The notes under the pieces are model-generated. The model saw nothing but the letters and a program-made list of their open reading frames with translations. It had not been told where the DNA came from and did not search any database. Shown here piece after piece: positions 13,801 through 25,679 of a stretch of DNA of 64,000 bases. The stretch comes from Macrostomum lignano (Eukaryota), in contig NIVC01002818.1 in the NCBI GenBank assembly GCA_002269645.1, forward strand, positions 1-64,000, read 5' to 3'. Positions within the stretch are counted from its first letter, which is position 1. Each line of letters opens with the position of its first letter. Both the position numbers and the translations under genes were made by a program.

Positions 13801-16800
13801 CGAGAGAGCAAAAAGGCCAAGTGTGGAACGGACAAAGGAGAGGATTAGCCCATTAGGCCGGCTTAATTAGTGCGCTGGGAAAATCCTGGTCGCGACTCCG
13901 CAGCGAATTCGATTCAGCTACTTTCAGTAGGAGCTGCCGGGTTTTGACTGAGTTTTAGCTGAATGGATGGCAGCTGATCGGGTTTTGACTGAGTTTTAGC
14001 TGAATGGATGGCAGCTGATCGGGTTTTGACTGAGTTTTAGCTGAATGGATGGCAGCTGATCGGGTTTTGACTGAGTTTTAGCTGAATGGATGGCAGCTGA
14101 TCGGGTTTTGACTGAGTTTTAGCTGAATGGATGGCAGCTGATCGGGTTTTGACTGAGTTTTAGCTGAATGGATGGCAGCTGATCGGGTTTTGACTGAGTT
14201 TTAGCTGAATGGATGGCAGCTGATCGGGTTTTGACTGAGTTTTAGCTGAATGGATGGCAGCTGATCGGGTTTTGACTGAGTTTTAGCTGAATGGATGGCA
14301 GCTGATCGGGTTTTGACTGAGTTTTAGCTGAATGGATGGCAGCTGATCGGGTTTTGACTGAGTTTTAGCTGAATGGATGGCAGCTGATCGGGTTTTGACT
14401 GAGCCCCAAATGAAATCCGGCACGGAACTGAACCGGTAGGGGTCGGGCACCGAAAAACCACACTTGAAGTTTCACACAATCCTCTGAAGTCCTGGCAGTG
14501 ACAAAGAGTCACTTTAGTACAAAAATTAAAACCATTTATTTCTCGCTCGTTCGAACTTCGGTCTTTCAATAAACACTTTCTCCAACTGTCCGCACAGGCG
14601 AGCTGGTCCTGGCCGCGCCGCTGGACTTCGAGCGCCAGCAGCGGCACCACGCCACCGTCAGGGCCTTCGACCTCGGCGACTCGCCGCTCAGCTCCACCGC
14701 GGTGGTAACTGTCCGCGTTCTAGACGAGAACGACAACGCGCCGCAATTCCTCAGCGACGTGTACAACGCCAGCCTGCCAGAGAACCGGGAGCCGGGATAC
14801 CGCCTGGACGTCAACCTTACCGCCACCGACGCAGACTCGGGCGACAACGGTCGGCTGGCGTACAGCATCGAGTCGGGCAACTCGCAGCAGCTCTTCTCGC
14901 TGGACATGAGCACCGGCCGGCTGTTCGCCAGGAAGAAGGCCGACCGCGAGGCCAAGGACTTCTACCGGCTGACGGTGCTGGCCACGGACTACGGTAACCC
15001 GCCGATGACTGGTAGGGCCGAGGTTCGAATCCGCGTGCTCGATGAAAATGATTGCGAGCCGAAGTTTGACCAGGAGGAATACCGGTTCGTGATGCAGGTG
15101 AGTGGGCTGGAGCAGTCTCTGTGTAGCACATAGGCAGCATATCCTATGTAACATCCTATGCAACACATCCTATGCAGCACATCCTATGCAACACATCCTA
15201 TGCAACACATCCTATGCAACACATCCTATGCAACACATTCTATGCAACACATCCTATGCAGCACATCCTATGCAACACATCCTATGCAACACATCCTATG
15301 CAACACATCCTATGCAGCACATCCTATGCAACACATCCTATGCAACGCATCTAGTGCAGCACATCCTATTTACATTAGAAATGTACATGTAACACATGTT
15401 CTGCCTCAGTTAGGGAGAAATGGGAAACTCTGGGTTGTCCCGGGCGGCCTCCTCGGCCCCAGTTGACCTCAAGCCCGCCCCCCAATCCAACCCGCAGATC
15501 GATGACAAAGGCAACGTTAGCCAGCAGCCGTACCTGGTGAGTCTGTAATTTACGACTTAGAAAGAGCACGGCTCAGTTTCTTATTCTGAGCCTCATAATT
15601 GGCCAATTATCTGTCCCTGTGCTGGAGAGGCACTGCTCCAGCTGACTCAGTTTGAGAGCATCAGCCACTGGGCAAGAAAAATCATGACTGGCTCAAACTG
15701 TTCTCAACTGAAGTTTGGTTAATGAAATAATTAATCGAGGCTACTGACACAAATTGAAACAGAACTGCAGCTATCCCATCTCATTCCATCTCATCCCATC
15801 TCATCCCATCTCATCCCATCTCACCCCATCTCATCCCATCTCATTCCATCTCACCCCATCTCACCCCATCTCATCTTATCTCATCCCATCTCACCCCATC
15901 TCACCCCATCTCACCCCATCTCATTCCATCTCACCCCATCTCATTCCATCTCATCCCATCTCATCCCATCTCATCCCATCTCATCCCATCTCATCCCATC
16001 TCACCCCACCTCATCCTATCTCATTCCATCTTATCCCATCTCATCCCATCTCATCCCATCTCATCCCATCCCATCTCATCCCATCTCATTCCATCTCATC
16101 CCATCTCATCCCATCTCATCCCATCTCATCCCATCTCATCCCATCTCATCCCATCTCATCCCATTTCATCCCATCTCATCCAATCTCATCCCATCTCATC
16201 CTATCTCATCCCATCCTATCTCATCTCATCCCACCTCATCTCATCCCACCTCATCTCATCTTATCCCATCTCATCCCATTTCATCCTCTCTCATTGCATC
16301 TCATCGCATCTTACCCCATCTCATCTAATCTCATCTCATCCCACTCCATCTCATCTCATCCTACCCCATCTCTTCCCATCTCATCTCAACCAGAATCTTT
16401 ACGCCGATGTCATTCCAGGAAACGGCAGGGTCGGACGGCGGGCCGGCAGCGGACGGCTCGGTCTTGCACGTCAGCGACTGCGACGCACCGCCGAACGGCG
16501 GTCCGTTCTCCTGGTCGCTGGTGGACGGCGGTGGCCACGGAAAGTTTTTGGTGGACCAGCGGGGCCGACTTCGCGTAAACATCAACTTTGGCCACCTGGT
16601 GAAAGCCGAGGAACAGATCATCGTCCAGGTAGAAGCTCGCTGATTTAGTCAGATTTTAGTGAGCCATTCTGGAGCATTAGGGGTTAGGATGAGTCATCAG
16701 GTTGACGCTGGGTCACACTGAGGCACGCTGTCTCTCGCTAGGCCACACTGGGTCACACTGGGTCACGCTGGGACACACTGGGTCACACTGGGTCCCACTG

Positions 16801-19800
16801 GGTCACACTGGGACACACTGGGTCACACTGGGTCATGCTGGGTCATGCTGGGTCACACTGGGTTACACTGGGTCACACTGGGTCACGCTGGGACACACTG
16901 GGTCACACTGGGTCATGCTGGGTCACACTGGGTCACACTGGGTCATGCTGGGTCACACTGGGTCATGCTGGGTCACACTGGGTCACACTGGGTCACACAG
17001 GGACACACTGGGTCACACTGGGTCATGCTGGGTCACACTGGGTCATGCTGGGTCACACTGGGTCACACTGGGTCACACTGGGTCACACTGGGTCACACTG
17101 GGTCACACTGGGTCACACTGGGTCACACTGGGTCACACTGGGTCACACTGGGTCACACTGGGTCACACTGGATCACACTGAGTCACTTTCAACCCCGTCC
17201 ACCCGTCCGCAGGCCTGCGACGGCGGCCAGCGCACTCTCTGCGGCCGGGCGAAACTGTTTGTGCGCACCGTCCGGGCGGACCAGCTGACGCCCAGCCTGC
17301 TGCCCAGCAACCTGACCGCGGTGCTCGCCTACCCGGCAGCCGGCGGGGAGAAGCTCGGCCGCCTGCGACTGCGGCACCCCAGCCCGAAGGACGCCCAACT
17401 GCGGCTGCTCAGCCACTCGAATCTGTTCAGCCTGGCGCCCAGCGGGGAGCTGTCGGTTGCCATGGCGACCACCCCGCCAGACGGGCTGCACCGGGTTCGA
17501 GTGAGCGCCAGCAGCCGGGGCCTGGCCTCCGAGCAGGAGGTCCGGGTTCGAGTCACGCTGCTGACGGAGGCGATGGCGGAGTCGGCGGTGCCGCTGCAGC
17601 TGGGCGGCGGGAGCGCGCACGGCTTCTTCCTGGACAGGCGGGACGCGCAGCTGGCGGAGCAGCTGACGGCGCAGCTGCGGCTCGGCGCGGACGCTCGGGT
17701 GCTCCTGCTGGGTGTGCAGCGCGGCTCCGGGGGCGGCGAGCGGCAACGGCAGCTGATGGCGCTGGTGGCCGTCTACGAGGAGTCTCGGGGAGGCTTCCTG
17801 GACCCGGCGGAGGTGCGCAGCCGCCTGAACTCCTCGGCAGCCGTTCGCTCGCTGCTGCCCGAGGGCGTCGGGGGTTGCGGCTTGGCGGCGGAGGCTCGGC
17901 GGGACCGGCGGCTGCTGGTGGAGACGGCCGGGATCACCTTCACGGCGCCGGAGTTCCGGCTGGCGCCGACATGCGGCACCGCCAAGTTGAAAGGCGCGCC
18001 GCCGTCTGGCGCCGTCTTCGGCTTCTTTCCGGGCGGCTCGGAGGGAGGCGAAGGCGCCGCCTGGGCGCTGGCGGAGCGGCAGCAGCTGCGCGGCCTGGAG
18101 CTGCGGCTGCGCACCCGACAGTCGCGGCCGGGGCGCCTCTTGCGGGTCTCCGGCTGTGGCGGCTGGCGGCTGGCGCTGCGGCTCCACGCTGACGGCGACG
18201 GCCGGCTGGAGGCCACGGCCGCGGTGTCCGGAGGCGGCGGCACCGAAGACCGCGACGGTCCGGAGCTGCTGCGGCTCGTCAGCCCGCGGCCGGTGAACGA
18301 CGGAGCCTGGCACCGCGTGCTGCTGCGGCTGCACGACGGGTGAGCGACGGCTGCCTCTCCAACTGTCTCCTCCCTTCCTGTCTCCTCCCTTCCTGTCTCT
18401 TCCCTTCCTGTCTCCTCCCTTCCTGTCTCCTCCCTTCCTGTCTCCTCCCTTCCTGTCTCCTCCCTTCCTGTCTCCTCCCTTCCTGTCTCCTCCCTTCCTG
18501 TCTCCTCCTTTCCTGTCTCCTCCCTTCCTGTCTCCTCCCTTCCTGTCCCCTCCTTTCCTGTCTCCTCCCTTCCTGTCCCCTCCTTTCCTGTCTCCTCCCT
18601 TCCTGCACCATCCCGTCCCTCTCTTGTTTAGAAGTGTCAGTAGCAGACGAATCAATTTCATCCTGCAGGTCTCCCAACTGGACCCTGGAGCTGCTGACGG
18701 ACTCCATCGAGCCCCAGCTCGGCCAGCTCCCGGCCCTACCAGCCTCCTCCCCTTCATCCTGGGACCGGGCCTCGACTCTGCGAGTCGAACTGGACCGATT
18801 TGTCGGCTGCCTCACCGACCTGCGGTCCTGGCCGGCGGCTACCCAGCTCACGGCAGCGACGGCTGAGGCTGAGGCCGCGGCTCGGCGCGGCTGCCCGGAG
18901 GCCGAGCTGGCGGCGCCCTGCGCGTCGACGCCGTGCCAGCACGAAGGCGTCTGCACGGAAGTCGGCGGTGGCGGCGGCGGCTTCCACTGCAGCTGCGAGC
19001 CGCCCTACGCCGGGCCGCGCTGCGAGCTGAACCTGCGGCCCTGCGACCGCCGGCCCTGCCTGAACGGCGGCGCCTGCCGGGACTTCGGCGACGGGCGCGG
19101 CGGATTCGCCTGCGACTGCCCGGCTGGGGCGGCCGGACCGCGCTGCGAGCTGGTGGACCGCGGCGGCGGCGGAGCGGCGACCGCGACTTGTGGAGGTCGA
19201 GGCGCCTGCCAACACGGCGGCTGGTGCCTGGGCGGCCGCTGCCGCTGCGAGGGCACCGGCTATGCTGGGCCGCTGTGCGACCGCGACGTCGACGAGTGCC
19301 GACAGGCCGTCGGGCTGTGCGATGGCGGGCGCGGCGTCTGCGTCAACCTGCCGGGCGGGTTCAGGTGGGCGGCAGGCGGATTTGGTAGAAGGCGGATTTG
19401 GTAGAGGGCGGATTTGGTAGAGGGCGGATTTGGTAGAGGGCGGATTTGGTAGAGGGCGGATTTGGTAGAGGGCGGATTTGGTAGAGGGCGGATTTGGTAG
19501 AGGTCGGATTTGGTAGAGGGCGGATTTGGTAGAGGGCGGATTTTGTAGAGGGCGGATTTGGTGGAGGGCGGATTTGGTAGAGGGCGGATTTGGTAGAGGG
19601 CGGATTTGGTAGAGGGCGGATTTGGTAGAGGGCGGATTTGGTAGAGGGCGGATTTGGTAGAGGGCGGATTTGGTAGAGGGCGGATTTGGTAGAGGGCGGA
19701 ATTGGTAGAGGGCGGATTTGATAGAGGGCGGATTTGGTAGAGGGCGGATTTGGTAGAGGGCGGATTTGGTGGAGGGCGGATTTGGTAGAGGGCGGATTTG

Positions 19801-22280
19801 GTAGAGGGCGGATTTGGTAGAGGGCGGATTTGGTAGAGGGCGGAATTGGTAGAGGGCGGATTTGATAGAGGGCGGATTTGGTAGAGGGCGGATTTGGTAG
19901 AGGGCGGATTTGGTGGAGTTATTAGCAACTTCTAGCAACCCGGCCCCCAGGTGCGAGTGTCCATCGGGTTTCACCGGACCGGCCTGCGAGCGGCTGCCCG
20001 GCCAACCCGGAGCTGCCATCGACGGCGGCGCCTCGGCCTCTGAGCAGCCGCTGCTGCTGGGGCTGCGCTTCCACGAGCTGGCAGCGGTGCTGGGCTGCGT
20101 CTCCAGCCTGCTGCTGCTCGCGCTGGCCGTCTTCTGCCTCGTCTCCTGCTACGGCAAGCGCAGGCGCGGGCGGCGCAGGCGCGGTAACCATGGCAACGGG
20201 CGCGTCGCCAAGCAGCACTCGCCGGCCTCCATGTCGCCCACCAACGGTGGTGGCGGTGGCGGCGGCGGCGACTGCCTGGACGACCCTGGCGAGGAGGCGA
20301 TGGCGCTGATGCCGATGATGGCGCCGCCGATGATCAACGGCAGCTGCGGCGGCCACGCGGCCTCGCTGACGTACGCCGGCTTTGAGACGCCACTGCCGCC
20401 GCCGCTGACGCTGTTGTCAACGCCGACAGGCAGCTGCGCGGGCTGCGGGCCCTGCCGGTCCTGCTCAGGCTGCTCGGGCTGGGGCGGCGTCGGCCCCATG
20501 AGTCCGCAGAAGCCACCGCCGCTGCTCAGCTTCCCGCGCTCCTGCGGCGTCGGCGGTCTGGGCGGCCGCGGGTTCAGCGGCGAGCTGGTGGATGATCAGG
20601 GTGAGCTGGTGGATGATCAGGGTGAGCTGGTGGATGATCAGGGTGAGCTGGTGGATGATCAGGGTGAGCTGGTGGATGATCAGGGTGAGCTGGTGGATGA
20701 TCAGGGTGAGCTGGTGGATGATCAGGGTGAGGTGGTGGGTGATCAGGGTGAGCTGGTTGGTGATGATCTCGTATGCACAAACACACAGTGACACACAGTG
20801 ACACACAGTGACACACAGTGACACACAGTGACACACAGTGACACACAGTGACACACAGTGACACACAGTGACACACAGTGACACACAGTGACACACAGTG
20901 ACACACAGTGACACACAGTGACACACAGTGACACACAGTGACACACAGTGACACACAGTGACACACAGTGACACACAGTGACACACAGTGACACACAGTG
21001 ACACACAGTGACACACAGTGACACACAGTGACACACAGTGACACACAGTGACACACAGTGACACACAGTGACACACAGTGACACACAGTGACACACAGTG
21101 ACACACAGTGACACACAGTGACACACAGTGACACACAGTGACACACAGTGACACACAGTGACACACAGTGACACACAGTGACACACAGTGGCCTGACTGG
21201 TGCATTGTAAAGCGAACTTGATGGAGAACTTCCTGCGGGCAGCTGTGAAAGAGTTATTGTCAAAATTTCCTAATTCCAGGGAGCAGCTGCACCAACAGAG
21301 GATCAGTTTATAATTTCCCAACTGGGAGATCAGGTTTGTGCTGATCGAGTTGAGAGTCTGTTTGCTGTGGCTCATTAGCACTGCTTTTGCTGCCTAATTG
21401 AAAGTTAAGCAGACTTGGCCGCGGTTAGTACGCAGCTTGGGCTCCACCAGTTCATCCAGCTGCCGTAGAAATTCAGGCCTGAGAGTTGCGGCTTCCAAAA
21501 CTCAAGCAGCGTAGAAGCCTACTGATGAGTAGCAAGAGAGGAATTTGAGGCCAATATGTTTACAGTTGCATCTCAGGCTGAGTGGTTCAGACCAACTGAT
21601 GAAGAGTGCAGAGTCAGAAACTGGTCCTGGTCTCGAGTTCGAATCTCAAAAGTGCTCAAAAGTGCAGCGACTGTGCATTTGGTGTCAGGCCTACTTTGAC
21701 TCAAAATATTGTCTCTTTCATAATAGCCTTGCTTTTGTCTGCTTTTAGTTTACTGCTTGTAGAATCCGCCTAGAGTTGGAGTTTCTGCTTCTGAGCCCGC
21801 CCTGTTGTTCCTTGCCCAAGCTCTGATGAGTAGCCAGGGACCTGAGCAGTCCTGAGCAGTCCTGAGCAGCAGTCTCTGAACTCAACAAAACCCGCAGGCT
21901 ACCACTGGGACCTGAGCAGTCCTGAGCAGCAGTCCCTAAACTCAACAAAACCCGCAGGCTACCACTGGGACACGTCCGACTGGCGCGGCGCGGCGGCGAC
22001 CCTGGGCGGCCTTGGCGCATCCAGGGGCCCCGGCAACCCGCCGGACCTCATCATGGACGGCGGCCCGTTCAGCGTCAGCTACTTCGGCGGCGCCGGCTGT
22101 CGGCAAACGTCGGCAGCGTCGGCATCGTCGCCTTCGAACGCGTCGACGTCAACATCGGCGGCCGCCTCGGCGCCTCCGCTGGTCGTCATCGGCTGCGGCG
22201 GCGGTGGCGGCGGCTTCGGCGGCTTCGGCGGCCTGGCGGAGGAGAGCGAGGAGATGCGGGTGAACGAAACGGTGGCTTGA
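7449..22280 (+). CDS. FAT1: Fat-like atypical cadherin (FAT1/2/3 / kugelei group), 3' part; exons 7449-7838, 14598-15097, 16419-16628, 17213-18339, 18669-19364, 19951-20600, 21958-22280; upstream exons lie outside the window
   Basis: All junctions are GT-AG and phase-compatible (1,1,0,0,2,2,1). The product has cadherin repeats ([33 protein letters not shown]), one laminin-G domain (LRLRTR...VNDGAWHRV...FVGCL), EGF repeats ([17 protein letters not shown]), a TM helix ([22 protein letters not shown]) and the cytoplasmic GYHWDTSDW motif known from FAT1/FAT3. The symbol denotes the family, not strict orthology. Confidence 0.92.
8168..8239 (-). mobile_element. Degenerate tRNA-His-like sequence, probably a SINE head or tRNA pseudogene, inside a Fat intron
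   Basis: Minus strand GCCGTAGCCTAATAGT (A-box-like), GGCGC/GCGCC stem around GTG, GGCTCGATTCC (B-box-like); the acceptor stem does not pair well. Confidence 0.45.
8243..8835. repeat. 15-bp minisatellite (GAGAAGTAGAGATGA)
   Basis: About 39 units. Confidence 0.95.
9833..10900. repeat. 13-bp minisatellite (CTCAGTGTCTACT, 9833-10205) and (TCTG)n (10706-10900)
   Basis: Tandem units visible. Confidence 0.9.
11597..13115. repeat. 12-bp (GGGTGGGTCATG) array followed by a 28-bp minisatellite (AGTCTGGCTGAGAGACAGGATGGGGGAG)
   Basis: About 48 units of 28 bp; these explain the 558-aa and 471-aa spurious ORFs. Confidence 0.95.
13940..14402. repeat. 41-bp minisatellite, near-identical units
   Basis: GGGTTTTGACTGAGTTTTAGCTGAATGGATGGCAGCTGATC, about 11 copies. 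Confidence 0.95.
15135..16390. repeat. 14-bp (CATCCTATGCAACA, 15135-15370) and 5/10-bp (CCCATCTCAT, 15775-16390) arrays
   Basis: Intronic tandem units. Confidence 0.9.
16700..17185. repeat. 10-bp minisatellite (GGGTCACACT)
   Basis: Fills the Fat intron 16629-17212. Confidence 0.95.
18360..18605. repeat. 15-bp minisatellite (CTCCCTTCCTGTCTC)
   Basis: Fills the Fat intron 18340-18668. Confidence 0.95.
19372..19917. repeat. 16-bp minisatellite (TTTGGTAGAGGGCGGA)
   Basis: Fills the Fat intron 19365-19950. Confidence 0.95.
20582..21190. repeat. 21-bp donor-spanning repeat (20582-20768) and 10-bp (GACACACAGT)n (20782-21190)
   Basis: Tandem units visible. Confidence 0.95.
21570..21650 (+). mobile_element. 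Possible tRNA-derived SINE head (Pol III A/B boxes)
   Basis: GGCTGAGTGGTT followed about 50 nt later by GAGTTCGAATCT; no intact cloverleaf. Confidence 0.3.
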
Positions 22281-22957
22281 ACGGCAGCTGAGCGTTGATG
22301 ACGACAGGACGAAGCGCGGAGAAGATGTACACGCACAGGTGCACATTCTGAGTACTTTTTGAGTTCCCCCAGAGTCCTTTCAAGAGATTAATTTCTGCCT
22401 TGAGCTGAATTTAAAAAAATTTCTCAATGTTAAACAGCGCGCTTGCACATTTTTGTCATTTCTGTTTTTTCGTGTTTATTTTTCATATCTGCTACACTTA
22501 ATTGGTGCTTTCTACTTGCAGTAGTGTATCTGCAGTAAGTAGTTGTAATAGTGTAAATTCGAATGCCGTGTGTCCCAGCTGCATCAGTGCTGCTGGGTAT
22601 TGTGGCTAATCTCATTTTCGCAATAATATTCGCTGTAGGAATCTAATTTTCGCTAAGCAATAAGAGTAATCAATACAAATCATACACAGTAACATTGTAA
22701 GAATAATGCACGGCGGCAGTGTTCGACGCAATGCTATTCCTTTAGTAGCGAAACACGAATGCACTATAAGTTTACATTGCTATGCAAATTCTACGAGCGT
22801 ACTTTGAATTGCATCAATATTAATACATTAAAATCGAGTGACTATGGACGTCTGCACTACGCCAATTCATTTGCAAGTTTGACAAAACAGGTTTTCATTA
22901 CCTTGCTGTACTCTACTATCTAATGTAATTATTGAAGAGCCTTGCCAACTTCGAAGT

Positions 22958-22992
22958 TAGTTAGTTAGTTAGTTAGTTAGTCAGTCAGTTAT

Positions 22993-23057
<65 letters not shown>

Positions 23058-23068
23058 CAGTCAGTTAT

Positions 23069-23148
<80 letters not shown>

Positions 23149-23162
23149 CTAGTTAGTCAGTC

Positions 23163-23229
<67 letters not shown>

Positions 23230-23240
23230 CAGTCAGTTAT

Positions 23241-23324
<84 letters not shown>

Positions 23325-23338
23325 CTAGTTAGTCAGTC

Positions 23339-23417
<79 letters not shown>

Positions 23418-23428
23418 CAGTCAGTTAT

Positions 23429-23500
<72 letters not shown>

Positions 23501-23514
23501 CTAGTTAGTCAGTC

Positions 23515-23579
<65 letters not shown>

Positions 23580-23588
23580 CTTACTTAC

Positions 23589-23639
<51 letters not shown>

Positions 23640-23682
23640 CTTACTTAGTTAGTTAGTTAGTTAGCTAGCTAGTTAGTCAGTC

Positions 23683-23749
<67 letters not shown>

Positions 23750-23814
23750 CAGTCAGTTAGTTAGTTAGTTAGTTAGTAAGTTAGTCAGTTAGTTAGTTAG
23801 TTAGTTAGTTAGTA

Positions 23815-23876
<62 letters not shown>
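22958..23876. repeat. (TTAG)n microsatellite
   Basis: About 920 bp with periodic interruptions. Confidence 0.97.
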
Positions 23877-23877
<1 letters not shown>

Positions 23878-23890
23878 GAGGCTGCGACCC

Positions 23891-25346
23891 TTACTGAGGG
23901 TCGCAGCCCGCATTCCGGCAAATCCCGCTGGCATCGTCAAAGCTGAGTCTCTGCACACTGATCGGGAAGTCCTTGGTGACTTGTTGAATCTGGCGAATCC
24001 TGTTGCTGGGATACCAGGCCTTGCACAGGCCGCTGATGTCTCTCAGCAGCAGGTGCTGAGCGTGCCGTAGGCGGGCCAGCCCGATGTACCGAGCCTTCAA
24101 AAACGCGATGCCGAACTTGCCCGACACGAATCGCAGGCTGCGAAGGCAGCGCAGGTTGTCGGCGCCCAGCCGGTCGGTCCGCATGATGAAGAGGCGGCCG
24201 TAGAAAACCTGCAGCGATTCCAGAGCCTGCAGGCTGGCCTGGCTTGCCAGAATCGGAGCCTCCACGGTCAGAGCCGAGCTTGACTCCCAAATCACGCAGC
24301 CGCGGTTTCTCAGCGACATCGCCGATGCATCGTTGAGCAGCGGAGATTCCACTGAGCACGCTTTGCAGAGCGCAGGCGCAGAGCACAACTGACAGGCACT
24401 GGCAGCTGGGATCTCATTTGGCGGGCACTTGGCTGAGCAGTGGCGACTGTCAGAGCTGGTTGGGAAATTCCTGTCGCACTGCTTCACGCAAATGCAGCTC
24501 CAGTTGCTTCAGGCCGGACGCTCCAGCTTCAAGGCGCGAACAGCCGCTCCTGCAGACGCCTCGGGCCTGCCGGAGCAGCCGCCCACGCACTGGCTGCCGC
24601 AGCACTCCTCCCTACCCGAGTCCGGATCGCGGTAGCAACGGCCGCACTGCAGCCGCTCAATGCAGCCGTGAAAGCGCTGGCAGCCATTGGGCCCGCCTGA
24701 CCAGCACAGCCGCCTTCCCGAGGCCTGCGAGTTGCAGCTGGCGTGACAGCTGGCCACTGACAAGCAAGCAACGGTTACCATGGAGGTCTGATCGATAAAA
24801 TGATGCTTCGATTCGCTGTGGAGCAAGTTGGACCAGTCAATGGAGCGCGACAGATGGCAGTACAGACTGGCGTGCAGGTTGCCGATGATGCTGGCGTCTC
24901 CCTGGATGGCGCTGAGGCTGGGCAGATCCAGCCGAGTGGGGTACATTGACTGCATCACCTCCAGGGCGTGGAAGTGGCTCCTCCAGGTTTTTGCCGCGAA
25001 TGATGCGCCGACGGCGCAGGCTGATGCGCTCCAAGTTGGCCCGCTTGATCACCAGCCGGCCGCTGATCTCCTCGATGGAGTCCAGGAAGTCGGTGCTCAT
25101 CCTGCTGATGAAGCTGTCCAGCGGCGCTTCGGAGATCGGATTGACGCCGAAGTTCTCGATGACGAGGTCGCCGAGCACGTGCTGGCAGCCGGCCACGGTG
25201 CTCGCCAGCTGGGCGTGCAGCCTGCTGACGTTTCAGTGAGAGGCGTAGCCGCCATGGCTGACCCGAATGGTTTTGCACACGCGGCCGTCCTGCGGCACCA
25301 ACGAGGCCAGCAGAGGGAGAAACAGGAGCCCGACAATGCTCGGCAT
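23891..25346 (-). pseudogene. Intronless receptor-L domain / furin-like Cys-rich / L-domain gene (insulin/EGF-receptor ectodomain-like), disrupted and 3'-truncated
   Basis: ATG at 25346 with signal peptide MPSIVGLLFLPLLASLV. L-domain motifs GCQHVLGDLVI, IEEISGRLVI, RIIRGKNL; Cys-rich CHASC...CWSGGPNGCQ...CCGSQCVGGC; second L domain. In-frame TGA at 25233-25235 and 24509-24511, a 1-nt frameshift near 24980, and the reading ends at GCDPQ*. Confidence 0.75.
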
Positions 25347-25679
25347 GGCCAGTTGGAGTGGCAGTTTTCCTTTCAGACTTGAGAAATTGCAAAATTGCTT
25401 ATTATACAGCTCAGATCGACTTCAGTGATTTCTGATCCAGGAATGCCGCTTTTTTGCCAAAATATCGCATTCAGTAAAACAAGTTCTAAATAAAATTCTG
25501 TATCCAAATATTGTGAAAAATATTTTTCTGCTATTTCTGCTAGTAACGGATTTTTGTTGCTTGAGGAAATTTTGCTGCTCACTCAAGCATAACAAGACTC
25601 GAACCCGAACTATCACAAACCCGAAAAATCGAAATCCCGAAAATCATAAACCCGAAATATCACATGAGCTAGAGTAGAT

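Noticed and set aside
116-21381. Many long six-frame ORFs (e.g. 558 aa at 11583-13259, 421 aa at 18754-20019, 372 aa at 2637-3755)
   Set aside because: They are translations of stop-free tandem repeats inside Fat introns, open in several frames, with no domain content.
21596-21635. CTGATGA...GAAAC..GTC hammerhead-like spacing
   Set aside because: Stem II does not pair and stem III would need a 2-nt loop.
22958-23876. (TTAG)n as a telomeric tract
   Set aside because: The 4-bp unit does not match TTAGGG or TTAGG, and it is internal with genes on both sides.
24509-25235. Selenocysteine or readthrough recoding of the two TGA codons in the receptor-like gene
   Set aside because: A frameshift and 3' truncation are also present, and no SECIS-like element was seen; pseudogenisation is simpler.
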